Made by a program: the position numbers and the translations under genes
Shown here: piece after piece, positions 1-8,814 of the stretch
Layout of the letters: each line of letters opens with the position of its first letter
Numbering within the stretch: position 1 is the first letter of the stretch
Assembly (NCBI GenBank): GCA_038108555.1
Contig: JAYNIA010000041.1
Location: 1 to 23,835 of the forward strand
Reading direction: 5' to 3'
Length of the DNA: 23,835 nucleotides
Origin: Nitrospinota bacterium
GTDB taxonomy: Bacteria; Nitrospinota; Nitrospinia; Nitrospinales; VA-1
Notes under the pieces: model-generated
What the model was told of the DNA's origin: nothing
Seen by the model: only the letters and a program-made list of their open reading frames with translations
Database searches by the model: none

Positions 1-318
1 GGCCATTGCCAGTTTCAATGAACCATTTTCAATGGCAATGGGGATTACCTTATGTTTTCGTGCAACACTCTCCTGCACTTTGCGAATGGCATCTTGGGAA
101 ATTTTTACACCTTGCAAATCCAGATAAGGAACTTTTAACTGGTTTGCCAGACTGGTTAAAAACTTTTCTTCTGTTATGTAACCCAACTCAACCAGAGCCT
201 GACCCAAAGGAATATTACTTTCCTTTTGCTTGGCTAAAGCCTGACCCAATTGTTCCGAGGTAATTGCTCCTGCTTGAACCAGAACATCTCCCAGCTTTAA
301 TTTTTGACGGATCGCCAT
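1..318 (-). CDS. PilB/GspE/MshE-type secretion/pilus ATPase or other MshEN-domain protein, N-terminal 106 aa (runs off window)
   Basis: Not in ORF track. Manual translation from ATG 318: MAIRQKLKLGDVLVQAGAITSEQLGQALAKQKESNIPLGQALVELGYITEEKFLTSLANQLKVPYLDL...KHKVIPIAIENGSLKLAMA; tandem xLGxxLxxxGxI motifs of MshEN; GGAG SD upstream. The ATPase domain is not visible. Confidence 0.85.
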   Translation of the reverse strand, partial: MAIRQKLKLGDVLVQAGAITSEQLGQALAKQKESNIPLGQALVELGYITEEKFLTSLANQLKVPYLDLQGVKISQDAIRKVQESVARKHKVIPIAIENGSLKLAMA

Positions 319-380
319 AAACGACTCCTGAGATCAAAACCATTAACAAATTGTAAAATTATATGTTACACCGAAATCGG

Positions 381-464
381 ACAAAATAAAACGGGGGCAG
401 CCTTTATTTTCCAAATATTTACGAAACTGTTACTCAAATGGAAAAGATAAAGGATCCGCCCCCG
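381..464 (-). terminator. Long imperfect hairpin with U-rich tail after the cytochrome genes
   Basis: 392-413 (cgggggcagcctttattttcca) is nearly complementary to 439-464; on the minus strand followed by TTTTATTTTGT. Confidence 0.5.
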
Positions 465-481
465 GGATAAACCATTTTTCT

Positions 482-1324
482 TTAATGCTCCCACGCCTCC
501 TGAATGAAAGCGTTGGTTCGATGCACCAGATGACAATGCTTACATCCTGTCTTGCCAAGAAGACCTATATTTTTCCAGAATTTACCGGGATTGGGTTTTT
601 CCGAATTAAGCTCTTCACTCAAACCGGCAAAGGCTTTATCCGCATCCGGACCCACATAAAAACGTTTAACATCCTGAGTGGCATGACATTTGGAACAGGT
701 CGATTTCAATTCCATATACCGTGACTTGAATATTTTTAAGGCCTTGGCTGCCCGGCCATACTGCCCTTCACCAAAATTTACCGTTACACCTTTAAAGGAG
801 GAAGAAATGCTGCCCATAAAATCTTCAAACTCCATTTCCTTCTCACTGATAGGGTCGGTAACTTCTATCTTATGAAAACTGGGCCAATGGAATTTTGCCC
901 ACACCGATACTTCATTTTCTGCATGACATTTACCGCAAGTCTTACCAAGCCCACCTGAAGCTTTACCCGCTTTGGCAATATCATGGGTCTTGGCGGCGGC
1001 AGCAAAAACTTCTGCTGCCTTGATATCAAAATATTCTTCCCATTCTGGAACCATCTCCGAAGTCTTTTTATATTCCTCTACCAATTGGTCCGCATGTTTA
1101 TCGACATTTTCAAAATCCTTTTCCTTCAGGTTCACAAACACACCGCCAAAATGAGTACTCAATTTATGCATTTGCTGAATCCATTTTGGCTGTTTACTTT
1201 GCGGGGGATAATATTTGCTCAATGATTTGGGAGGTTCTTTAACAACCATATCCTTCGCCTGCAATGGACTGACTATGAAAAGAACCAAAGCAAAAGTTAT
1301 TAAAAGTTTTCTTAAATGCTCCAT
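482..1324 (-). CDS. Exported triheme cytochrome c, predicted helical
   Basis: Signal peptide (..IVSPLQA/KD); CGKCH, CSKCH, CKHCH; AAGGAG SD. Confidence 0.85.
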   Translation of the reverse strand: MEHLRKLLITFALVLFIVSPLQAKDMVVKEPPKSLSKYYPPQSKQPKWIQQMHKLSTHFGGVFVNLKEKDFENVDKHADQLVEEYKKTSEMVPEWEEYFDIKAAEVFAAAAKTHDIAKAGKASGGLGKTCGKCHAENEVSVWAKFHWPSFHKIEVTDPISEKEMEFEDFMGSISSSFKGVTVNFGEGQYGRAAKALKIFKSRYMELKSTCSKCHATQDVKRFYVGPDADKAFAGLSEELNSEKPNPGKFWKNIGLLGKTGCKHCHLVHRTNAFIQEAWEH

Positions 1325-1349
1325 TTAACTTCTCCTTGAAATTTAATAT

Positions 1350-2327
1350 TTATCGAGACACTGTTTGTGTAAAAATCCGGGTTTTTTCTTTGGACCATGC
1401 AGGCTGGTACTTTAATTCGATAATCGCTTTTGCAACAGGATCAAAAAGTCGGTATCGGTAGTTTAATGTTTGTTTGTAGGGTAACGCGGTCTCCTGTTGC
1501 GGTGCTATTATTTCTTTCGCGCGATCCACTTCTTCCTCTTTATCGTTAAAAAATTTTATATAAAGATAAAGCCTTGGGTCCCCATTGTCGGCTGTGGGAA
1601 CAAAATGGGGAATGGTTTGGTTGGTAAGACTGGCGTTAAAAAATTTTTCCTCCCACCTTGTCTCTAAAATCACATCTTTCTCAGTTATCTTCCCATGCAG
1701 AAAACGGTGATCTCCCACCCATCTTTTTTTATGCAGCAAATTAAATCCGGGTTTTTGGGTCAACCTGCCCCTCTTACGTGGCATGTGGCAATCCTGACAA
1801 GTGTCCTCTGCTCGAGTGGCTTTCCACTCCTTTAACGTTTTCTCATGGCAGGATCCGCAAAAATCAGAGCGCACATAATCCGGGTTTCTATAGGTGGGAT
1901 GCGGTGGAGCCAGAAGGTCATAAGGTCCATGCATTTTATTTTCAATGAAATGACAAGATACACAATAAATACCTTCGTCACGAAGGTCCAATCGGGGACT
2001 GGGCTTTTCCCCTCTTACCGATTGGGGGATATGGCAGGGAAGGCATTTCTCTTTGGTGCGGTCCTCAGAGGCCTCTATAAAAGTTTCACTGGTCCAGGAA
2101 ATAGAATGCCGGCTTTTTTTCCACGCCTCAAAAATTTCATCATGACATTCGGAGCATTTTTTTGCCGGAGGTCTTTTTAATATTTCTGGATCACGCGCCA
2201 ACTCCAAGGCCACTTCAGGAATCCATTCAAACCGTTCATTGATGAGGAAATACAGCAAAGCAATTGCAGATACCCCTATTAACCCTGCACCAAATAATAA
2301 ATCAAAAATTCGGGAAGATTTTTTCAT
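1350..2327 (-). CDS. Membrane-anchored pentaheme cytochrome c (c554-like multiheme domain)
   Basis: N-terminal TM helix; CSECH, CLPCH, CVSCH, CGSCH, CQDCH; WxxSxH after the first heme. Confidence 0.85.
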   Translation of the reverse strand: MKKSSRIFDLLFGAGLIGVSAIALLYFLINERFEWIPEVALELARDPEILKRPPAKKCSECHDEIFEAWKKSRHSISWTSETFIEASEDRTKEKCLPCHIPQSVRGEKPSPRLDLRDEGIYCVSCHFIENKMHGPYDLLAPPHPTYRNPDYVRSDFCGSCHEKTLKEWKATRAEDTCQDCHMPRKRGRLTQKPGFNLLHKKRWVGDHRFLHGKITEKDVILETRWEEKFFNASLTNQTIPHFVPTADNGDPRLYLYIKFFNDKEEEVDRAKEIIAPQQETALPYKQTLNYRYRLFDPVAKAIIELKYQPAWSKEKTRIFTQTVSR

Positions 2328-2454
2328 AAGATCGGAGGAGCCAAATTTTCAAAGAAAAAACTTGTGCCGAAAAAGGGATTACCAGCGCAATGGCTATTGC
2401 CACTTTCCCCCACGTGTTATATCACTTCCATGACCTTCATTCCCCGGAGGGGTA

Positions 2455-3471
<1,017 letters not shown>

Positions 3472-3523
3472 TCAGGCGGCGCCCCTCTATAGAGGGGGCA
3501 TTTAATTTCACGTTGTTTGAAAC

Positions 3524-3880
3524 TTAACCCAGTTGCGCGCGGGCGGTTTCGGTCAAGGATTTAAAGGTTTCCTGATTATTGATGGCGAGATCAGATAAAA
3601 CTTTACGGTCCAGTTGAATATCAGCTTTTTTCAAACCGTACATGAACTGGCTGTAATTCATTCCTTCAGCCCGGACTGCCGCGTTGATTCGGGCGATCCA
3701 GAGTCGACGGAATTCGCGTTTGCGGTTTTTTCGATCGCGGTAAGCATAGCTCAGGCCATGTTCGACAGCTTCACGGGCTTTTCGGAACGCAGTGCTACGA
3801 ACGCTGCGATAGCCCTTGGCCATCTTTAATATTTTTTTTCGTCTTCTTCGGGAAACGGTCCCGTTAACTGCACGTGGCAT
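3524..3880 (-). CDS. rplT: 50S ribosomal protein L20
   Basis: [23 protein letters not shown]; follows rpmI. Confidence 0.99.
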   Translation of the reverse strand: MPRAVNGTVSRRRRKKILKMAKGYRSVRSTAFRKAREAVEHGLSYAYRDRKNRKREFRRLWIARINAAVRAEGMNYSQFMYGLKKADIQLDRKVLSDLAINNQETFKSLTETARAQLG

Positions 3881-3953
3881 TTTTACTTTCTCCTTAAATT
3901 ATTTAATCAGCTTTTTCAAGCTGTACCCCACGCCCGTGGGCCCTCGCAGAGGG

Positions 3954-4148
3954 TTAGTTGGGTAATAGTGCATTCATGCGCTTGGCATCACAATTTGCCA
4001 TGATGCTGGATTTGCGCAAGTTTCTTTTTCGTTTCGTGGTTTTGGTCGTCAATATGTGGCTGGTGAAAGCACTGTTTCGACGAATTTTACCGGTGCCGGT
4101 TCTTCGGAACCTTTTGGCAGCACCCTTGTTTGTTTTCATTTTTGGCAT
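3954..4148 (-). CDS. rpmI: 50S ribosomal protein L35
   Basis: [14 protein letters not shown]; infC-rpmI-rplT synteny. Confidence 0.99.
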   Translation of the reverse strand: MPKMKTNKGAAKRFRRTGTGKIRRNSAFTSHILTTKTTKRKRNLRKSSIMANCDAKRMNALLPN

Positions 4149-4151
4149 TGC

Positions 4152-4784
4152 TTACTCCACTTCTTCATTATTGGGCACCGCTGCTTCCGCATCTGTCTCT
4201 TCCGCCGCCGGCTCTTCTTTAGGTTTTTCTACCGCCGGTTTAGAAGCTTTTGGTGGTGACCCTTTTTTTGATTTCGTATTTTTCGGGGCCAGTACCATTA
4301 CCAGGGTACGCCCTTCCTGTTTTGCCGCCTGTTCAATCACCGCAATGTCTTCTGTTTGCTCGGCGATCCGCTCTAAAACTTTTTGCCCAAACTCGCGGTG
4401 AACAATTTCCCGACCCTTAAAGAAAATGACCACTTTTGCCTTGTCGCCATTTTCAAGAAATCGTTGCACATGTTTCATTTTAAAATCGTAGTCATGTTGA
4501 TCGGTGTTGGGCCGAAACTTGACTTCCTTGACATGCACAACTTTCTGGTTCTTCTTTGCCTCGTGCGCCTTTTTGCTGGCTTTATATTTATGCTTGCCGT
4601 AATCCATAATACGGCAAACCGGCGGGTTGGAATTCGGCGCTACTTCTACAAGATCCAGGTCCCGATCTTCTGCCATTCGGATGGCTTCTTCGGTGGGAAC
4701 AGTGCCTAATGGCTCTCCATCGTCTCCTATTACGGAAACTTCCCGAACCCGGATCATTTTATTGATGCGTTGTTTCTGTTTAAT
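4152..4784 (-). CDS. infC: Translation initiation factor IF-3, probable ATT start
   Basis: LDLVEVAPN..PPVCRIMDYGK, KEVKFRP; frame extends 9 codons upstream of ATG 4757 to ATT 4784 (IKQKQRINK), with in-frame TAA directly before it and AGAAGGA SD. Confidence 0.95.
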   Translation of the reverse strand: MKQKQRINKMIRVREVSVIGDDGEPLGTVPTEEAIRMAEDRDLDLVEVAPNSNPPVCRIMDYGKHKYKASKKAHEAKKNQKVVHVKEVKFRPNTDQHDYDFKMKHVQRFLENGDKAKVVIFFKGREIVHREFGQKVLERIAEQTEDIAVIEQAAKQEGRTLVMVLAPKNTKSKKGSPPKASKPAVEKPKEEPAAEETDAEAAVPNNEEVE

Positions 4785-4811
4785 TTAAAACTTTCCTTCT
4801 CAAAAAATGAA

Positions 4812-6566
4812 TCAACTGTCAGAATCTATGGTGCGGTTTTCCACAGCTTCTTTGACTTCATCCATAAACGTTTTTAAATCAAGGGTCCGCGTTTCTTTCG
4901 ACCGCCGCCTGCGAACTCCTAAAGTGGAAGATTCCACCTCTTTGTCCCCTAAAACAATCATATAGGGGATTTTCTGTAATTGGGCCTCGCGTATTTTGAA
5001 CCCAATCTTCTCATTTCGCAAGTCTTTTTCTACCCGAATGCCTGATTCTTCAAGCCATTGGGCTATTTTTTGTGCATAATCAGCCTGATTATCGGTAATT
5101 GTCAGCAGGATCACCTGAACCGGAGCCAGCCACAACGGGAACGCGCCTGCATAATGCTCGATCAGGCAGCCAAAAAACCGCTCCAATGATCCCATCAACG
5201 CCCGGTGCAACATGATCGGCTGCTGGCGCTGACCGTCTTCCTCAATATAGCTGATATCAAATTTTTCCGGCAGATTGAAATCCACCTGCACCGTCGACAC
5301 CTGCCAGTAACGATTCAAGCTGTCTTTAATTTTGATGTCGATCTTCGGTCCGTAAAAAACACCTTCGCCCGGGTCCACTTCAAACTCCAGGTTTTTATTA
5401 TTAAGCGCGGTCTCCAAAGCCTTCGTTGCATTCTCCCAGCCCTCATCGGAGCCGACATATTTTTCCGGACGTGTGCTCAAATAAATTTTGTATTCGTGGA
5501 ACCCGAACGACTGCAAAATATAAATAATGAGATCGAGAACCTTGGTGATCTCTTCTTCAATCTGTTGGGGACGACAAAACAGATGCGCGTCATCCTGGGT
5601 GAATCCACGGACCCGTAACAGTCCATGCAACACACCCGACCGTTCGTAACGGTAAACGGTGCCGAGTTCTCCAAAACGAACCGGAAGGTCACGGTAACTT
5701 CTCAACTTGGTTTTGTAAATTTGGATGTGGAACGGACAGTTCATTGGCTTCATCACATATTCCCGGCCTTCCACTTCCATATTCGAGAACATGTTGTCCT
5801 TATAAAAATCCGTGTGGCCACTGGTCTTCCATAAATCTATTTTCGCCGCATGCGGACTTATGACCATCTCGTATCCGTGCTTGAAATGTTCCTTCTTCCA
5901 GAACTCTTCCATCAAGTGACGAATGCGCGCGCCCTTCGGATGCCACAGGATGAGTCCCGGACCGATATCATCAGAAACAGAAAACAAATCGAGCTCTTTA
6001 CCCAGTTTGCGGTGATCGCGTTTCTTCGCTTCCTCCAAACGCTTCAGGTAAAGGCGTAACTCTTTCTCTGTATTCCAGGCCGTTCCGTAGATGCGTTGCA
6101 GAACGGGATTCCGTTCATCGCCGCGCCAGTAGGCGGAAGAGGTATGCAACAACTTGAACGCTTTTATCTTTTTGGTCGACTCCACATGCGGGCCGCCGCA
6201 CAGGTCGCCCCAGTCGCCTTGCGAATAAATTGAAATCGGTTCGTTGGCATCGATGCCTTCAATGATCTCTACCTTGAACGTCTCGCCCATGTCGCTGAAT
6301 TTTTTGATCGCATCCTCGCGGGAGATTTCGCTACGTACGATGGGAGTATCCGCGTCTGCGAGTTCCTTCATACGCTTTTCGATTTTTTCCAGATCTTCAG
6401 GAACAAATGGTTCCTTGCGCGAGAAGTCGTAGAAGAATCCGTCTTCGATCACCGGACCAATGGTAACCTGGGTGCCGGGGAAAAGTTCCTGAACTGCCTG
6501 CGCCATCAAATGGGCGCAACTGTGACGAATGGTTTCCAGCTCGGTTGGATTTTCGTTAGGTATCAT
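4812..6566 (-). CDS. thrS: Threonyl-tRNA synthetase (short form without N-terminal TGS domain)
   Basis: RHSCAHLMAQAV, DLCGGPHV, KRDHRKLG, KPMNCP, RVRGFTQDDAH, HRALMGSLERF. Confidence 0.99.
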   Translation of the reverse strand: MIPNENPTELETIRHSCAHLMAQAVQELFPGTQVTIGPVIEDGFFYDFSRKEPFVPEDLEKIEKRMKELADADTPIVRSEISREDAIKKFSDMGETFKVEIIEGIDANEPISIYSQGDWGDLCGGPHVESTKKIKAFKLLHTSSAYWRGDERNPVLQRIYGTAWNTEKELRLYLKRLEEAKKRDHRKLGKELDLFSVSDDIGPGLILWHPKGARIRHLMEEFWKKEHFKHGYEMVISPHAAKIDLWKTSGHTDFYKDNMFSNMEVEGREYVMKPMNCPFHIQIYKTKLRSYRDLPVRFGELGTVYRYERSGVLHGLLRVRGFTQDDAHLFCRPQQIEEEITKVLDLIIYILQSFGFHEYKIYLSTRPEKYVGSDEGWENATKALETALNNKNLEFEVDPGEGVFYGPKIDIKIKDSLNRYWQVSTVQVDFNLPEKFDISYIEEDGQRQQPIMLHRALMGSLERFFGCLIEHYAGAFPLWLAPVQVILLTITDNQADYAQKIAQWLEESGIRVEKDLRNEKIGFKIREAQLQKIPYMIVLGDKEVESSTLGVRRRRSKETRTLDLKTFMDEVKEAVENRTIDSDS

Positions 6567-6585
6567 TGATGATAATTTTAATTGA

Positions 6586-6722
6586 CCCCCTCTTTCACAA
6601 AGAGGGGATGGGGTGATTCACATTAAATTGTTTCGATAAACGAAAAGGCAACCCCCTCAGTCCCCCTTGTCAGGGGGAGGCAAAAATTAAGTCCCCCCTG
6701 ATAAGGGGGGAATAGGGGGGTT
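6586..6722. repeat. Three REP-like C-run/G-run palindromes (6586-6618, 6647-6678 inverted, 6692-6722)
   Basis: Consensus about CCCCCCTnnnAAGGGGGGnnnAGGGGGGTT; relatives at 7053, 7089, 8406, 8449, 9320, 15851. Confidence 0.8.
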
Positions 6723-6735
6723 AAACATTGGCCCT

Positions 6736-6768
6736 AAAAAAAAGCACCATGCACACCGGCATGATGCC
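6736..6768 (-). terminator. Intrinsic terminator between tRNA-Val and thrS
   Basis: Minus strand GCATCATGC-CGGTGT-GCATGGTGC-T8; 9-bp stem whose U-G pair forms only on the minus strand. Confidence 0.75.
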
Positions 6769-6878
6769 TGATTATAGACCGTAACGGTCATTTAATAATT
6801 AGAATTTCCAATGAGTTTAAGCCAGCTCCAAAAGAACATTGTATAACATGGAGTCCTAGCCAAAAATCTTTGAAAAAA

Positions 6879-6950
6879 TAGGCACGGGCGGTTTCGAACC
6901 GCCGACCCCTTGCATGTCAAGCAAGTACTCTACCCCTGAGCTACGCGCCT
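6879..6950 (-). tRNA. tRNA-Val (GAC), CCA not encoded
   Basis: 72-nt cloverleaf: acceptor AGGCGCG/CGTGCCT, anticodon arm CTTGC-TTGACAT-GCAAG, T arm GGCGG-TTCGAAA-CCGCC. Confidence 0.97.
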
Positions 6951-6968
6951 GAAAAACAGATGTTTGCT

Positions 6969-6997
6969 ATTCTAAATCCTGCGTCACGATTGGTCAA
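6969..6997 (-). promoter_or_regulatory. Sigma70 promoter of tRNA-Val
   Basis: TTGACC (6997-6992) N17 TAGAAT (6974-6969). Confidence 0.75.
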
Positions 6998-7018
6998 GTA
7001 TAGAGAACCAAAGTTTAA

Positions 7019-7122
7019 CCACCGATGCACACAGATAGCACAGATAAATAATTCCCCCCTGTTAAGGGGGGTTAGGGGGGTTTTGATTCCTCCCCTCTCA
7101 TGAGGGGAGGCAAGGAGGGGTG
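7019..7122 (+). repeat. Composite repeat left of fic: CACAGAT-type unit plus two C/G palindromes
   Basis: ccaccgatgcacacagatagcacagataaataatt followed by palindromes 7053-7082 and 7089-7122. Confidence 0.75.
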
Positions 7123-7142
7123 CGGATTTCTCATCGGAAAAA

Positions 7143-7259
7143 TGAGCCATAAAACTCCAATTTATAACTCAAAAATCTTTATTTTTTGAGCTAAAAAATA
7201 TTGATTTATAACTCAATTAATCCGATAATATGAGTTATAAATTTAAGGAATATAACTCA
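7143..7259 (+). promoter_or_regulatory. fic promoter covered by three 29-bp palindromes at 44-bp period
   Basis: TGAGYYAWAAA-N7-WWTATAACTCA at 7143, 7187, 7231; TTGATT (7201) N17 GATAAT (7224); AAGGA SD at 7245. Confidence 0.75.
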
Positions 7260-8362
7260 TGAAATGGAACTGGCAACAAAAAGAATGGCCTGAATTCAGC
7301 TACGAATCCGGTGAAATGAATAAACTGGAAGCCCAATTCCTTCAAAAATCAGGCTTGCTACTGGGTGTCACCCGGCATATTAAAGAAGATGAAAAACAAC
7401 AACTCATCATCGACCTGATCTGCGATGAGGCCCTGAAAACTTCTGCAATAGAAGGGGAATATCTGAATCGGGAAAGCGTTCAATCTTCGTTAAGAAAAAA
7501 TTTTGGTCTGACCGCAAAAAACAAAAAGAGTGCTCCAGCTGAACAGGGCATCTCTGAAATGATGGTAGATCTCTATCGAAACTTTGCCAAGCCGCTCACC
7601 CACACCACCCTGTTTAACTGGCACAAGATGCTGACAAAGGGTCGGCGCGACTTGATCGACATCGGAAAATACCGGACGCATAAAGAACCCATGCAGGTGA
7701 TTTCGGGACCTGTTGGAAGGAAAAAAGTCCATTATGAAGCTCCGCCTTCTAAAAATATGAAAAAAGAAATGGACCGATTCATTAAATGGTTCAACAATAC
7801 GCATCCACAGGGTAAAGAATCGCTACCCGCTTTGACCCGGGCATCCATCGCCCATCATTATTTTGTTTGCATTCATCCCTTTGAAGACGGGAACGGACGC
7901 ATCGGTCGCGCTCTTTCAGAAAAAGCGCTGGCACAGAGTTTAGGACAACCCACATTGATTGCCTTATCCCGTACCTTGGAAAAAGGCCGAAAGACTTATT
8001 ACAAAAACCTGGAGCAGGGCAACAAGCACAACAACGTCACCCACTGGCTGGTTTATTTTTCCAAAACCATTTTAGAAGCGCAGGAATATTCGCTAGCCCT
8101 GGTGGATTTCCTGATCGAAAAAACAAAGTTATTTGATCGGGTTCGGGGTCAGTTGAATGAAAGGCAGAAGAAAGTAATAAACCGAATGTTCCGGGAAGGA
8201 CTCGAAGGATTCAAAGGAGGACTGAGCGCAGAGAATTATATTTCCATCGCCGGCACCTCTCGTGCCACAGCTACCCGCGACCTGCAAGACCTTGTTAAAA
8301 AATCAGTCCTCAACCGCAAGGGAGAACTCAAAAGCACACGGTATTATTTGAAATTGAAGTGA
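7259..8362 (+). CDS. Fic family protein (DUF4172-type N-terminus, C-terminal HTH)
   Basis: Canonical HPFEDGNGRIGR; inhibitory (S/T)xxxE(G/N) motif TSAIEG; N-terminal WNWQQKEWPEF; C-terminal SRATATRDLQDL. Confidence 0.93.
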   Translation: MKWNWQQKEWPEFSYESGEMNKLEAQFLQKSGLLLGVTRHIKEDEKQQLIIDLICDEALKTSAIEGEYLNRESVQSSLRKNFGLTAKNKKSAPAEQGISEMMVDLYRNFAKPLTHTTLFNWHKMLTKGRRDLIDIGKYRTHKEPMQVISGPVGRKKVHYEAPPSKNMKKEMDRFIKWFNNTHPQGKESLPALTRASIAHHYFVCIHPFEDGNGRIGRALSEKALAQSLGQPTLIALSRTLEKGRKTYYKNLEQGNKHNNVTHWLVYFSKTILEAQEYSLALVDFLIEKTKLFDRVRGQLNERQKKVINRMFREGLEGFKGGLSAENYISIAGTSRATATRDLQDLVKKSVLNRKGELKSTRYYLKLK

Positions 8363-8368
8363 TGGGAG

Positions 8369-8440
8369 CCACAGATAGACACAGATAAGCACTGATAAAA
8401 TAATTTCCCTCCCTTCATAGGGAGGGATTCAGGGAGGGTT
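8369..8440 (+). repeat. Composite repeat right of fic, same orientation as 7019-7082
   Basis: ccacagatagacacagataagcactgataaaataatt followed by palindrome tccctccct-tcat-agggaggga-ttcagggagggtt. Confidence 0.75.
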
Positions 8441-8448
8441 GGATTTTA

Positions 8449-8594
8449 TCCCCTGTGTTATATTTTCCTAACCTTTCGTACCTCGTATAGGGTAACAAGG
8501 GGGACTGAGGGGGTTGCCGTCATCGCGAATGACCGAAGGGAGTGTGGCCGTAAAATTTTTCATTAACTTTCGTGCCCTACAAGGGTAAATCCAG
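8449..8594 (+). repeat. Two adjacent REP-like elements, each interrupted by a related 39-nt insert
   Basis: 8495-8518 is the exact reverse complement of 6647-6670; inserts at 8456-8494 and 8549-8587. Confidence 0.65.
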
Positions 8595-8814
8595 AAGGTT
8601 GCTTTCTATTGCCTGTACATCTTTTGGTCAACCTCGGTAAACCGCCAAGAGGAAAAAAATTCCTTTAGAGATCAGGAAGTTTATAAGGACAGAAGATTGT
8701 CAACTCTCTATTCAGAGTTTGGTGAAACAAAAATAGCACTTGAGGAAATGATAAGTAAAATTGAATTCAGTGGCGATTTTTAATAAACCTTTTTTGGGTC
8801 TTTTAAAAAATAAT

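Noticed and set aside
6..263. 85-aa plus-strand ORF
   Set aside because: Shadow of the MshEN gene on the minus strand
4812..6566. thrS truncated by repeat insertion
   Set aside because: TGS-less ThrRS is a known natural form; editing, catalytic and anticodon-binding domains are intact
6567..6878. T-box riboswitch upstream of thrS
   Set aside because: No GGTGGNACC T-box sequence or specifier stem found on the minus strand
7143..7259. Mini CRISPR array
   Set aside because: 44-bp period with 15-nt gaps is too short, there are no cas genes, and it overlaps a promoter and start codon
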